Positions 41,355 to 51,083 of a stretch of 64,000 nucleotides of DNA are shown here, one piece after another. A program made the position numbers and the translations under genes. Numbering within the stretch: the first letter of the stretch is position 1; each line of letters starts with the position of its first letter. The stretch comes from an uncultured bacterium (GTDB taxonomy: Bacteria; Chloroflexota; UBA5177; JANWHV01): assembly GCA_963729625.1 (NCBI GenBank), contig CAVSOU010000007.1:288001-352000 (forward strand). The letters run 5' to 3'. The notes under the pieces were generated by a model. The model was not told the origin of the DNA. It worked only from the letters and a program-made list of their open reading frames with translations, and made no database searches.

Positions 41355-41960
41355 ATGAAGCAGATCTCGGTATTGCTGGCGTTCTCCTCGCCTGCGCTTC
41401 ACGCGAGGATCCGATCGGAAGTGCTACTGCAGCCTGAGCTGGCCCTCCTGTACGATGCGAAAACCCCGGGAGAGGCTGTCGCCCAGACTGCGCACCACCA
41501 GCCCCAGGTCGTCTTGTGCGATCGCGGCATGCTTGCCGATGGCCAGATGAACGCGATCGCGCAACAGGCACGTGTCGTCTCGCTTCTTATTCTCGTGACC
41601 ATGGGTGTGGAAAGTGCTCCGGTGCGGGTACCTGTTCCGGTCGCAGGGGTCATCCCGTCGAATCATCAACCCGGTTCCCTGGCAGAGAAGCTCCAGGCAA
41701 TCATGGACGCGCCATCGTCGTTCATCGAACCGTCTGTTCGCCTATCCAAGCACCTTGCACCGCCATCCGAGCGCATCAAGCTTGAGCCAATGAGTTACGA
41801 TCCCGGTCGAATCCCCAGTCTGCCGCGCTCGGGCCGGCTTACGTGGCTCAGCGACCAGCAGCGTGCTTCGTCGCCTCCAGGGCCGACAGATGCTCAGGAG
41901 CTTGCGAAGAAGCCGTTCATGAAGTCCATCTTCGATCCGCCGACCGGCTCCCAAGATTAG
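41355..41960 (+). CDS. Atypical receiver-domain protein with Pro-rich tail
   Basis: ISVLLA...GEAVAQTAHHQPQVVLCD REC-like pattern; no HTH. Confidence 0.65.
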   Translation: MKQISVLLAFSSPALHARIRSEVLLQPELALLYDAKTPGEAVAQTAHHQPQVVLCDRGMLADGQMNAIAQQARVVSLLILVTMGVESAPVRVPVPVAGVIPSNHQPGSLAEKLQAIMDAPSSFIEPSVRLSKHLAPPSERIKLEPMSYDPGRIPSLPRSGRLTWLSDQQRASSPPGPTDAQELAKKPFMKSIFDPPTGSQD

Positions 41961-42135
41961 GGGAGTGCATCCTCAACCTCAACGCGGAACCAAGTCGCGC
42001 CCCACTGTGTGGCCGTCGATACGGCCGCTCCTGTATGTTGTCCCTTGAGGCACGTCGGCCGCGACTCACCTGTCGCAAGGCACCGCCACCAGGAGTTGGG
42101 AATACTTGCGCGGTCGCAGACCACGCTCGGGCGAA

Positions 42136-42699
42136 ATGGCAGCGTCTATGGTTCTGGGACACCCTGACAAGCCGGCCGAACCTGCAGCAAGTCGACCCAG
42201 CGAGATTCGGGTGGTGCGCAGCGAACGACGGCGACGCACGGCCACGGTTCGCGAGAAGGACGGTTACTACGAGGTATTGGCACCGGCGCACTGGCCGGAT
42301 GATGTCTTGCAGCCGATTATCGTCCGACTGGTTCGCCGCCTTGAGAGACGGCGAACGAAAGACGCGCTTGACGATAGTGCTCTGCAGCGACGGGCGGCAA
42401 CCCTGCATGAGCGTTACTTCGAGGGACGGCCTCGATTGAGCTCTATTATCTGGGTCTCCAACCAGGATCAGCGATGGGGAAGCTGCTCACCGCGCGAAGG
42501 CGCGGTCCGTGTGTCGCACCGTTTGGCCGGCTTCCCTTCGTGGGTGCTCGATTATGTCATCGTCCATGAATTGGCGCACCTCGTGGTCGCAGCGCACAAC
42601 AGACGCTTCTGGAACCTTGTCGCGAGGTATCCGCTCGCGGAGAGGGCACGGGGCTATCTCATAGCAAAGGCCAGCGAAAGCCTGGAAGACGAGATGTGA
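42136..42699 (+). CDS. DUF45/YgjP-like zinc metallohydrolase
   Basis: NQDQRWGSC, VLDYVIVHELAHL, HNRRFW. Confidence 0.9.
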   Translation: MAASMVLGHPDKPAEPAASRPSEIRVVRSERRRRTATVREKDGYYEVLAPAHWPDDVLQPIIVRLVRRLERRRTKDALDDSALQRRAATLHERYFEGRPRLSSIIWVSNQDQRWGSCSPREGAVRVSHRLAGFPSWVLDYVIVHELAHLVVAAHNRRFWNLVARYPLAERARGYLIAKASESLEDEM

Positions 42700-42714
42700 A
42701 ACCCTGGAAGGAGC

Positions 42715-42750
42715 GGCCCGCCGCCTCACTTCGTCATGAGACAGCGGGCC
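42715..42750. terminator. Hairpin between convergent genes
   Basis: GGCCCGC...CTCA..TGAG...GCGGGCC. Confidence 0.35.
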
Positions 42751-42777
42751 ATGGCCAGACCAGGCCAGCGCCGCCGG

Positions 42778-45435
42778 CTATCCTTCGCGGCTAAGGCGGA
42801 TGCGTGCGTCGATGGCGACGACACCACTTCCGGCCGCGCGAACGACCACCGGATTCAGATCCAACTCAACAATCTCGGGTACATCTTCCACTAGGTGCGA
42901 AATACGCAGAAGCAAGTCTCTGACAGCCGGTATGTCGGATGGCGGGGCGCCGCGGTAACCCTTGAGCAGCGTTGCGACCTTGCGGTGCGCAATCAGCTCG
43001 TCAGCGTCGACGTCCGTGAGCGGATGGATGCGGAACGACACGTCGCCGAGCACCTCGGCAGTGACTCCACCGGAGCCAAAGGCGATGAGCGGGCCGAAGA
43101 TCGGGTCGCGCACGACGCCGACCAGGCATTCTATGCCACCGGTCAGCATGGGTTGCACAAGCGCACCTTCCATCCCCTTTTCCAACCCGCGCTCGGCCAG
43201 AGCCGTGGCGATGGCGGCATACGCCTCTGATGCCGCCTCAGGCGACTCTATGTTCAGGCGCACGCCACCCACGTCGGACTTGTGGAGAATCGTGCTGGAG
43301 ACTAGCTTCACCACGACCGGCGCGCCGATCTCCCGGCAAGCGTCGGCCGCCTCCGCGGCTGATCGCACGATCTTGCCGGTTGGCAGCGAGATGCCATAGT
43401 TGGTGAGCAGCTTCTCGATCTCTACCGCCGTCAGCCAGGGCCGCTCTTCCCGCGACAGCGCTCCAGCGACGATGCTTTGCGCGACACCGCGGTCGATCTC
43501 GGCGTACTCCGGAATCGTGCCGGCAGGCCTGCGCAGCCAGGTCGCCCTGGCGGCGGCCTGGCCGAGCGCGCGGGCTGCGGACTCGGGGAATGGGTACGCA
43601 GGTATCATGGTCTTGCTCTTGCTCAGCGCCTCGGGTACCGGGCAACCGACGAAACAGGCCAGGACCGGCTTGTCCGGCTGCGGATCGCAGACCTTCACGA
43701 GCTCTGCCGCGATATCTTCCGGGCTCGTGACCATCACCGGAATGTAGAGCGCGATCACCGAGTCGATTCCAGGGTCGTCCAGCAGCGTCTTGACTACCGC
43801 GGCGTATGTAGGAGCGGGAATGGACGCGATCATATCAATTGGATTGTTGACCGACGCCTCCGGAGGCAGCATGGAACGAAGCGTCGCCTTCGTTTCGTCG
43901 CGCAGCTGCGGGACTTCAAGTCCATTTGCTTCGCAAGCGTCGGCGCAGAGGATGCCCAGACCACCGGCGTTCGTCAGAACCGCGACACGCTTGCCCTTCG
44001 GGAGCGGCTGGTTCGCGAACAGCGTCGAGATCTCGAACAACTCCTCGAGCGTCTCGGCGCGAATGACGCCGGCCTGCTTGAACAACGCGTCGACCGCGAC
44101 GTCCGATCCAGCGAGAGCGGCTGTGTGGGAGGCGGCGGCGCGGCGTCCAGAGGTGGTGCGTCCACCCTTCACGGCCAAAATCGGTTTGCGCGCGCCAACA
44201 CGTCGAGCGATGCGGGCGAATCGGCGCGGATTACCGAACGACTCGAGGTAGAGCACGATCACCTTGGTCGCCGGATCCTCCTCCCAGTATTCGATCAAGT
44301 CATTGGAAGACAGGTCAGCCTTGTTGCCGATCGAGACAAACGTTGAGACTCCCAGGCCCAGCGAGCGTGCAGTCTGCAGGATCGCGATACCGAGAGCGCC
44401 GGATTGCGATGAGATCGCGATGGAGCCACTGGGCGGCAACGTGGGGGTAAAGGTCGCGTTGATCGCCCCATGCTCGCTGCTGACCAGAACGCCAAGGCAG
44501 TTTGGTCCCACCATGCGAGCTCCGTACGTGCGGCAAAGATACAGCAATTCGTCTTGGTGCGCACGCCCTTCGGCGCCAACCTCGGCGAACCCTGCTGAAA
44601 TCACTACGAGAGCCTTCACGCCTGCTTCGAGACAATCGCGCGCTGCGTCGAGGACTCGGGATGAGGGCACGACGATAATCGCCAGATCCACAGTGTCCGT
44701 AATCGACTTGACGTTCGGAAACGCCTTGACTGAAGAGACGGAAGTGGCCAACGGGTTGACTGGATACACAGCGCCTTCATAACCGCCCTGGAGCAGGTTG
44801 CTGAACACGGCCTGGCCAATCGATCCTGGCCGTCGGGAAGCGCCGACAACCGCGATCGCCCGCGGGTGGAAGAGTGGATCGAGGGACTTGACGGCTGCCA
44901 CGTGCCTGCGTTCATCTGCGCGAGCATAATACCCTTGGTCCGTGTGCAGATCGACTTCTACCTGCACGGTGCCTTGCTCGTATACGCGCTTCTGCTTGAA
45001 GCCCAGGTCACCTAGCAAGGTGAGCATCTCGCTGTTTTGGGCGCTCACCTCGGCAATAATCCGGGTGATGCCCGCGTGGCGCGCGTCGTTCGAAAGATAC
45101 TCGAACATCACCGTACCAATACCGTTGCCCTGCTCGGGATCGTCGACTACAATCGCCATTTCAGCCGCGGTCGGGTCGACGAGGCGGTTGAACGATGCAA
45201 CTGCAATCACGCGGTTCTCGCGTTCGGCGACCAGAGCGTGCCCTGCGACGACGCTCTGAACTAGATCGTCACTGATGCGAACGCCGGCGGAGTGAAATCG
45301 TTGAGCTCGGCTCTCTGGGGACATACGATTGAGCAGGGCGGCGACGGCAGCATTGTCAGCCGGCAGGAACTCGCGAATCAGCGCCTGACTCCCGTCGCGG
45401 AGCAGGGCGAATTCGCCGGCGGGCATGGTTATCAT
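42778..45435 (-). CDS. GNAT / NDP-forming acyl-CoA synthetase-like fusion (Pat-type protein acetyltransferase)
   Basis: N-terminal GNAT (QGNGIGT), AVVGAS, GPNCLG, SQSGAL, GNKAD, ASHT, HKSDVGGV ATP-grasp. Confidence 0.93.
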   Translation of the reverse strand: MITMPAGEFALLRDGSQALIREFLPADNAAVAALLNRMSPESRAQRFHSAGVRISDDLVQSVVAGHALVAERENRVIAVASFNRLVDPTAAEMAIVVDDPEQGNGIGTVMFEYLSNDARHAGITRIIAEVSAQNSEMLTLLGDLGFKQKRVYEQGTVQVEVDLHTDQGYYARADERRHVAAVKSLDPLFHPRAIAVVGASRRPGSIGQAVFSNLLQGGYEGAVYPVNPLATSVSSVKAFPNVKSITDTVDLAIIVVPSSRVLDAARDCLEAGVKALVVISAGFAEVGAEGRAHQDELLYLCRTYGARMVGPNCLGVLVSSEHGAINATFTPTLPPSGSIAISSQSGALGIAILQTARSLGLGVSTFVSIGNKADLSSNDLIEYWEEDPATKVIVLYLESFGNPRRFARIARRVGARKPILAVKGGRTTSGRRAAASHTAALAGSDVAVDALFKQAGVIRAETLEELFEISTLFANQPLPKGKRVAVLTNAGGLGILCADACEANGLEVPQLRDETKATLRSMLPPEASVNNPIDMIASIPAPTYAAVVKTLLDDPGIDSVIALYIPVMVTSPEDIAAELVKVCDPQPDKPVLACFVGCPVPEALSKSKTMIPAYPFPESAARALGQAAARATWLRRPAGTIPEYAEIDRGVAQSIVAGALSREERPWLTAVEIEKLLTNYGISLPTGKIVRSAAEAADACREIGAPVVVKLVSSTILHKSDVGGVRLNIESPEAASEAYAAIATALAERGLEKGMEGALVQPMLTGGIECLVGVVRDPIFGPLIAFGSGGVTAEVLGDVSFRIHPLTDVDADELIAHRKVATLLKGYRGAPPSDIPAVRDLLLRISHLVEDVPEIVELDLNPVVVRAAGSGVVAIDARIRLSREG

Positions 45436-45643
45436 GGTTGAACTTACCTCCTGGTATCAGACTACGGTACGGGTCGCACGCCGGGGGAGAGTCATCTCAC
45501 CCATGGGGCCTCACCAAACGGCCCAGATCGGGCGGGACTAGCCGGCCATGAAAAGAGCTTCAACCGCATAGAGGTCATGCATGCACGCACCACGTGAGAA
45601 GTGTGGCGCCTGGCCCGGCCCGGATCGCATCGCAACTGGGTCC

Positions 45644-46888
45644 TCAGGGCAGATAGGACCTACCCGTGCGCAGCTTCCAGAGCACATAGTGATTCAGCCA
45701 GCTCTTCAGCCAATGAGCAAAGCGACCGCGAAGGTGGAACGCGAAACGGCGCAGATGCGCGCGCCCAACGCCAACAAGCAAGAGTCCGAAATCGCCCCCG
45801 TCAACCAAGCGCATGTCCATCAGGCGAGGCACTTCAGGCGTCCGAGGCTCGCGTCGATTGAACGCTGCCACGATACTTCGGGCTGCCGCTTTCGCCATTA
45901 ACGTGGCGACGTAGCCCGTCTTTGGCACAGCCGCCTGCGCCGAACTGGAAGATTCGAGATCCGCGGCCATGCCCGCGGCGAAGATCTCAGGATACCCGCG
46001 GTGGCGGTAGCGTTCATCGACCGGCACGTACCCACGATCATCGGCAAGCCCGGATGTCTTCCAAATACCGGCAGTCCCGCGGAACCCAGGAACGATCACG
46101 GTCAAGCGTGACGGATAGCGCGTTCCGCCTTGCAGTTCCACATAGTCACCGCCCACCCGAGCTATCTCGGCACCGGCATGCACGCCGATGCGTCTGGCAC
46201 GAAAGGCGGCTTCGAGTATCTCTCGCGCGCGTGCCGTTCCAGCGTCCAACTCACCGAGATACGGTTCGGGTGTGACGAAGAGCAGCGTTGCTCGTTCACG
46301 GCTGCCGCGCTTCCGGAGCGCACAATCGAGCTGCAAAACGAACTCATATGCTGGGCTCAGATAGCTGGCCCCTGGGGCCAGGCCTACGACGGCGGGGCCC
46401 GGATCGCCAAGATATCGCTCGACTGCTTCCGACATTTCCAGCGCGCCGACCTCCGTGTGGAGGAGGTGCGCGGCACTGAACTCCCCGCCAAGCCCGGGTA
46501 CGGTCGTGTCGATATCTGGGCCAGTGGCAATCAGCAGGAAGTCATACGGCACTTCATCACCCTGCGCGATCACAACCTGCCGAACCGGATCGACAAGGTC
46601 GACACGACCGACCCTGAAACCGATGCCCTTCCGCGTAAGCGTGGGACCGATGGTGAAACCGATTTCGTCAGGCCGCCTGCTGAATGGAACCGAAAGCAGA
46701 CCCATAGGCAGCACGAACTGCCCGCGGTCGGAAAGCACCAGTACGTCCGCTCGTCGGCCGAGATGCCTTCGAAGCTCATGCGCCGCCGTAAGGCCTACAA
46801 CACCTCCGCCGATGACGACGATGCGACGAGGCGCGCTGTCACCGGATCCCATAGCCGCATCCGCCGTATTCGTCGTACCGTTCCCCAC
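45644..46888 (-). CDS. Sulfide:quinone oxidoreductase-like flavoprotein lacking the redox Cys residues
   Basis: VIGGGVVG, YDFLLIATG, GASYLSPAYE, PKTGY, HWLK. Confidence 0.82.
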   Translation of the reverse strand: MGNGTTNTADAAMGSGDSAPRRIVVIGGGVVGLTAAHELRRHLGRRADVLVLSDRGQFVLPMGLLSVPFSRRPDEIGFTIGPTLTRKGIGFRVGRVDLVDPVRQVVIAQGDEVPYDFLLIATGPDIDTTVPGLGGEFSAAHLLHTEVGALEMSEAVERYLGDPGPAVVGLAPGASYLSPAYEFVLQLDCALRKRGSRERATLLFVTPEPYLGELDAGTARAREILEAAFRARRIGVHAGAEIARVGGDYVELQGGTRYPSRLTVIVPGFRGTAGIWKTSGLADDRGYVPVDERYRHRGYPEIFAAGMAADLESSSSAQAAVPKTGYVATLMAKAAARSIVAAFNRREPRTPEVPRLMDMRLVDGGDFGLLLVGVGRAHLRRFAFHLRGRFAHWLKSWLNHYVLWKLRTGRSYLP

Positions 46889-46965
46889 TGCCTGTTGCCT
46901 GCATCACGTACAGGGCACCCAAAGCGCGCTGAGTCGCCGCGCACGAGTTGTAGTCAGCCTCGGAT

Positions 46966-47619
46966 TCACTCGTGACCAAGGGCGCGTTGCTCCGCCAGGA
47001 ACGCAGCCGCCTGAGCACGCCGCTCCATACCCAGCTTGCTGAGAATGGTGCTCACGTAGTTCTTCACCGTCTTCTCGGACAAGTAGACGATAGTGGCGAT
47101 CTCACGATTCGTTTTCCCCTCCGCGATCAAGCCAAGAATGCGCCTCTCTTGTTCGGAGAGCTCAGACAGCTTGTCCTTGTGTCCACCACTTGCCATCTCG
47201 CGCATCCTCGTGAGCACCTTACCCATCACGCTCGGGTCTAGAAGAGATTCACCGCGCGCGACTGCCTCGATGGCACTTACAAGCTCGCGCCCTCGCGTCT
47301 GCTTGAGCAGATAGCCGGCCGCACCCGCGATGATCGCGGCGTAGACGGCCTCGTCGTCTGCGTAGCTCGTGAGCATGAGGACCTGGATCTCGGGATGGTC
47401 GGCCCGAATTTCCCTGCATGCCTCGATGCCCGTCCCGTCCGGCAAGCGCACGTCCATGACGATAACGTTTGGCAGTTCGCGCCCCGCTGCCTCGACGGCC
47501 TCCGCGACCGTCGCTGCCTCGGCAACCACGCGAATGTTCTCTCTCCGCTCCAGCAGCGACTTCAACCCTTGCCGCACGACCTCGTGATCGTCGACAAGCA
47601 TCACACGGATGTCAGCCAC
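46966..47619 (-). CDS. NarL/DosR-like response regulator
   Basis: LVDDHEVVR, MDVRLPDG, LTSYADDEA, TVKNYVSTILSKLGMERRAQAA. Confidence 0.93.
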   Translation of the reverse strand: MADIRVMLVDDHEVVRQGLKSLLERRENIRVVAEAATVAEAVEAAGRELPNVIVMDVRLPDGTGIEACREIRADHPEIQVLMLTSYADDEAVYAAIIAGAAGYLLKQTRGRELVSAIEAVARGESLLDPSVMGKVLTRMREMASGGHKDKLSELSEQERRILGLIAEGKTNREIATIVYLSEKTVKNYVSTILSKLGMERRAQAAAFLAEQRALGHE

Positions 47620-49027
47620 GGCCCTCCTCCAGTCCACCCACGGCCACGGGCACGCGTGCGCTTACCGTGGCGCCTCCGCCCGGCTCTGACTGGATCGTCA
47701 GGCAACCGCCAAGAGCGAGCGCGCGGTCGCTCATGTTGCGTAACCCCTGATGCTCAGGGGCATGCGCTGCGTTTGTGTCGAAGCCTGCACCGTTGTCCGT
47801 GATCTTCAGCTCAACGAATCCAGCCGCTCCTTGTAGTGTAATCCAGATGCACCCAGCGCGCGCGTGGCGCACAACGTTTGTCACTGCCTCGCGCGCGATC
47901 TGGAGCAGCTCATCCGCTGCTGCCTGGGGAAGACGGGCCATGGCCGGTCCACGAACGTCGAGCTCAGTCTCGAGCAGAGAATGAGCGTGCGTCCGTGCAA
48001 GCAGCGCAGCTAATGCCTCCGGAAGTGAATCGGCGTCATCCTCCGCCTTGAGGCCGAGCACATAGCTGCGCAACTCCTTGATGACCTGTTCGAGCCGCTC
48101 AATCGCGCCGGAAATGCGCGCTCGAGCATCGCCTGGTTTCGCCTCCAGATCGTCGTGCGCACATTCCAGCTCAAGGTTGACACCGAAGATCGCCTGGATC
48201 ACGCTGTCGTGCAAGTCCATGCGAATGCGTTCGCGTTCTGACGCCACCGCCAGCATACGGATACGCTCGGACATGCGCGCGTGCTCGATTACCACGGCCG
48301 CATAGCTTGCCAGCATGCTCAGCAGGCCCTCATCGTCTTCCGCGAACTCCGCCGCCCCAACTTTGTCTGCAAGATAGAGGTTGCCGACAATGTTGCCACC
48401 CTGAGAAACCGGCACGCCCAGCAACGTGCGCATTTCCGGATGGCCGGCGGGGAAACCGGAACGTCGCGGGTCAGTCGACAAATCGGCGATTCGGACCGGC
48501 GCACCTTGATGCAGCATGACGCCCAGGACACCATGGCCCGACGGGGGAGCCCCTATGCTTGTCCGATCCTCCCGAGAGATGCCGGAGGTGTAGAAGGCGT
48601 CGATCTCGCTGCCGATGCCCACTACCCCAAGCGCGGCGTACTTGGCGCCAATAAGGTCGCGTGCCAGATCGACCAGACGCTGCAATGTCTCATCCGTGTT
48701 TCGGGCAGCAGCGATTGCCAGCGAGGCCTGATGCAGTGCCTCCATCTGCGCGCGCAGCCGTCGCTCGGTGGCAAGACGCTGCTCGAGCTCAGCATACTGG
48801 CTCGCCAGATTTCGATCCTGACGGGCGATGATCCGGAACATGCCGGTCGAAAAACTCACCACGCCTACAGCGGTCACCCCGATCGCGAGAGCGCCCGTGG
48901 CGTAGCTTGGCCAATCCGAAAGCAGCCTGGTGATGAAGAGGTAGAAAAGACAAAGCAAGATGAGCGGCACGACAATGCTGAACAAGCGCAGACCTCTGCG
49001 CCGACTGCGCAATTCATTCCCATGCAT
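47612..49027 (-). CDS. Membrane-anchored GAF HisKA_3 kinase, DosS/T-like
   Basis: Two TM helices; GFPAGHPEMRTLLGVP; ERERIRMDLHDSVIQ. Confidence 0.9.
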   Translation of the reverse strand: MHGNELRSRRRGLRLFSIVVPLILLCLFYLFITRLLSDWPSYATGALAIGVTAVGVVSFSTGMFRIIARQDRNLASQYAELEQRLATERRLRAQMEALHQASLAIAAARNTDETLQRLVDLARDLIGAKYAALGVVGIGSEIDAFYTSGISREDRTSIGAPPSGHGVLGVMLHQGAPVRIADLSTDPRRSGFPAGHPEMRTLLGVPVSQGGNIVGNLYLADKVGAAEFAEDDEGLLSMLASYAAVVIEHARMSERIRMLAVASERERIRMDLHDSVIQAIFGVNLELECAHDDLEAKPGDARARISGAIERLEQVIKELRSYVLGLKAEDDADSLPEALAALLARTHAHSLLETELDVRGPAMARLPQAAADELLQIAREAVTNVVRHARAGCIWITLQGAAGFVELKITDNGAGFDTNAAHAPEHQGLRNMSDRALALGGCLTIQSEPGGGATVSARVPVAVGGLEEGRG

Positions 49028-49102
49028 TGCAGCGTAGTGCCCTCGTTGCCGCACACCCACCAACTCGTGATCTTACGCTAGCAACGAGTGAGCGTAATGC
49101 CG

Positions 49103-49142
49103 TAGGGCCATGGGTCATAACATATGCGGCACTTTGGCCCTG
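49103..49142. promoter_or_regulatory. Candidate paired DosR-type operator sites
   Basis: AGGGCCA(49104-49110)...TGGCCCT(49135-49141) inverted; partial match to GGGACTWWAGTCCC. Confidence 0.4.
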
Positions 49143-49249
49143 ACAGACATACGAGACGCCGGGAAACGGCAATGCCCTGACGTTTCGGCATCACTCAGGC
49201 GCAGTTGGTGCTGCACCGGGGTCCCCTGAATGCAAGGTTCGGGCGAACG

Positions 49250-50893
49250 CTACTCACCGAACGGCACAAACGCCGTGACGGTCGTACCGGCGTCGATCTT
49301 GCTCTGTAACGAAAGCGTTCCGCCTACCTCGTCGGTGCGCACCCGCATATTGCGGATGCCACGGTGCTCGTAGCCCCGAGCGGCCCTTGGATCGAAGCCT
49401 CGGCCGTCGTCCTGCACCACGAGCGTCGCGCCCGCTCCCTCATAGGTCAAGCGGACTTCGACGGTCGACGCGGCCGCGTACTTCACTACATTGGAGAGCG
49501 CCTCACGTGCTATCAGCATCAGGGTGTTGGCCTGGTCGTCGGGAAACTCATATGGCTGCCCTTCCAGGATGAAGCGCGCTCGAAGACCGCATTGTCCATC
49601 GCTGTCGCGAGTGATAGCCGAGATACCGTCGGCCAAGAGGTGGCCGTCGAGAGGGCGCGCGCGGAGGCCCTGAATGTAGGTCCGAATATCGGTAATCGTG
49701 CCTGAAAGCCTGTCCGTCACTCCAGTCAACCGATCGCGAAGCGGTTGCACCTCAACGTCCTCGGAAATGTCTTCGAGTTGCAGAGTTGCCGCGTAGATGT
49801 CCTGAATGATACCGTCATGCAGATCTCGACCGATACGCTCTCGCTCGTGCAGCAATGTCAGCTCACCCAGCTGTGTGTACAGCCGCGCGTTTTCTATCGC
49901 GATACCCGCGTGAGCTGCCAGCAGCTCGATCTGCCGTTGATCCTCTTCCAGGAATTCTGGGCCGCCGATCTTGTCGGTCAAGTAGAGATCGCCGACGACC
50001 TGGCCGTGTACGCGGATCGGGACACCCAACAAGCTTGTCATGTTTGGGTGTTGCGGTGGAAAGCCCACGCGACGGGGATCCTTGCTAATGTTGGCAACGC
50101 GTAATGAACGGCCGAGGCGAATCAGCACGCCCAGAAGTCCGTGGCCGCGGGGAACGCTGCCGATCTTCTCGCGTTCATCCTGCGTTATGCCGGTGGTGAT
50201 GAACTCGCTCAGGTAGCCGTCAGACCCGACGACTCCCAGGGCTCCATACTGCGCACCCGCAATACTGGCGGCAGCCGACACGATGCGCTGCAAAACCTGA
50301 TCGAGTGAGAGTTCCGAGGCCAGGCCCTTGCTGGCGTCGTCGAGCGCGAGCATGCGCTCACGCATAGCCTTGTCCTGTTGATGCACGAGCGCATTCGCCA
50401 GCCCCTGACCGGCGAGCTTGCCGAGCGCGCGAAGTGACTCGGTCTCCGAGGAAGATGGTCGATTCGCATAAAGCAGCACCAACGCCGCGACCAGCATGTC
50501 GTCGCCGTAGAGCGCGAGGACGCGAATCGTGCCTGGACGTCGCTTTCCTCTTAGCAACGGCGGGTCCAGGTCGGGATTCGAACCAGTATCAAATTCCAGG
50601 AGATCCGCAGTCTCCGCAGCCCTCTTCGCTACTGCTTGAATGCTCTCGTAGCCTTGGCGCTGCAGCCATCGCTCGTCGAGATCTCCGCTTGTGCCGGCGC
50701 CCGCTGGCAAAAAGTCACCTGCGTCGCGCTCGTACAGGAGGACCAGAGAGGCGTCTGCACCGCCAATCACCATCGCATGGGATGCAAGCCGGCCAACGAG
50801 GGTTGTTACATCGCGTGTCGCACACAGATCCTCCGCGATGTGCCACGCGTGAAACGTCATGCCAGCCCGGCTGTCAATATCTTGTGTCCGCAC
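49250..50893 (-). CDS. Soluble double-GAF HisKA_3 kinase, DosS/T-like
   Basis: GFPPQHPNMTSLLGVP; ERERIGRDLHDGIIQ. Confidence 0.9.
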   Translation of the reverse strand: MRTQDIDSRAGMTFHAWHIAEDLCATRDVTTLVGRLASHAMVIGGADASLVLLYERDAGDFLPAGAGTSGDLDERWLQRQGYESIQAVAKRAAETADLLEFDTGSNPDLDPPLLRGKRRPGTIRVLALYGDDMLVAALVLLYANRPSSSETESLRALGKLAGQGLANALVHQQDKAMRERMLALDDASKGLASELSLDQVLQRIVSAAASIAGAQYGALGVVGSDGYLSEFITTGITQDEREKIGSVPRGHGLLGVLIRLGRSLRVANISKDPRRVGFPPQHPNMTSLLGVPIRVHGQVVGDLYLTDKIGGPEFLEEDQRQIELLAAHAGIAIENARLYTQLGELTLLHERERIGRDLHDGIIQDIYAATLQLEDISEDVEVQPLRDRLTGVTDRLSGTITDIRTYIQGLRARPLDGHLLADGISAITRDSDGQCGLRARFILEGQPYEFPDDQANTLMLIAREALSNVVKYAAASTVEVRLTYEGAGATLVVQDDGRGFDPRAARGYEHRGIRNMRVRTDEVGGTLSLQSKIDAGTTVTAFVPFGE

Positions 50894-51083
50894 GTGCGTA
50901 TACGGCCCGCCTGCCCAACGATTGTCGCATCACTCCGGTGTCTCAAGCTAGCTGCCCGAGGGCAAGCGTAGAGCGAAGACCTCGACTTCAGCATACAGGG
51001 CCTTGGCGTGCCGATCAACGCTTGCCGTCCGGGTTGCCGGGGGCGTTGCGGATCCCGTTGCGCGCCTCCTGTAAGATGGAGTA

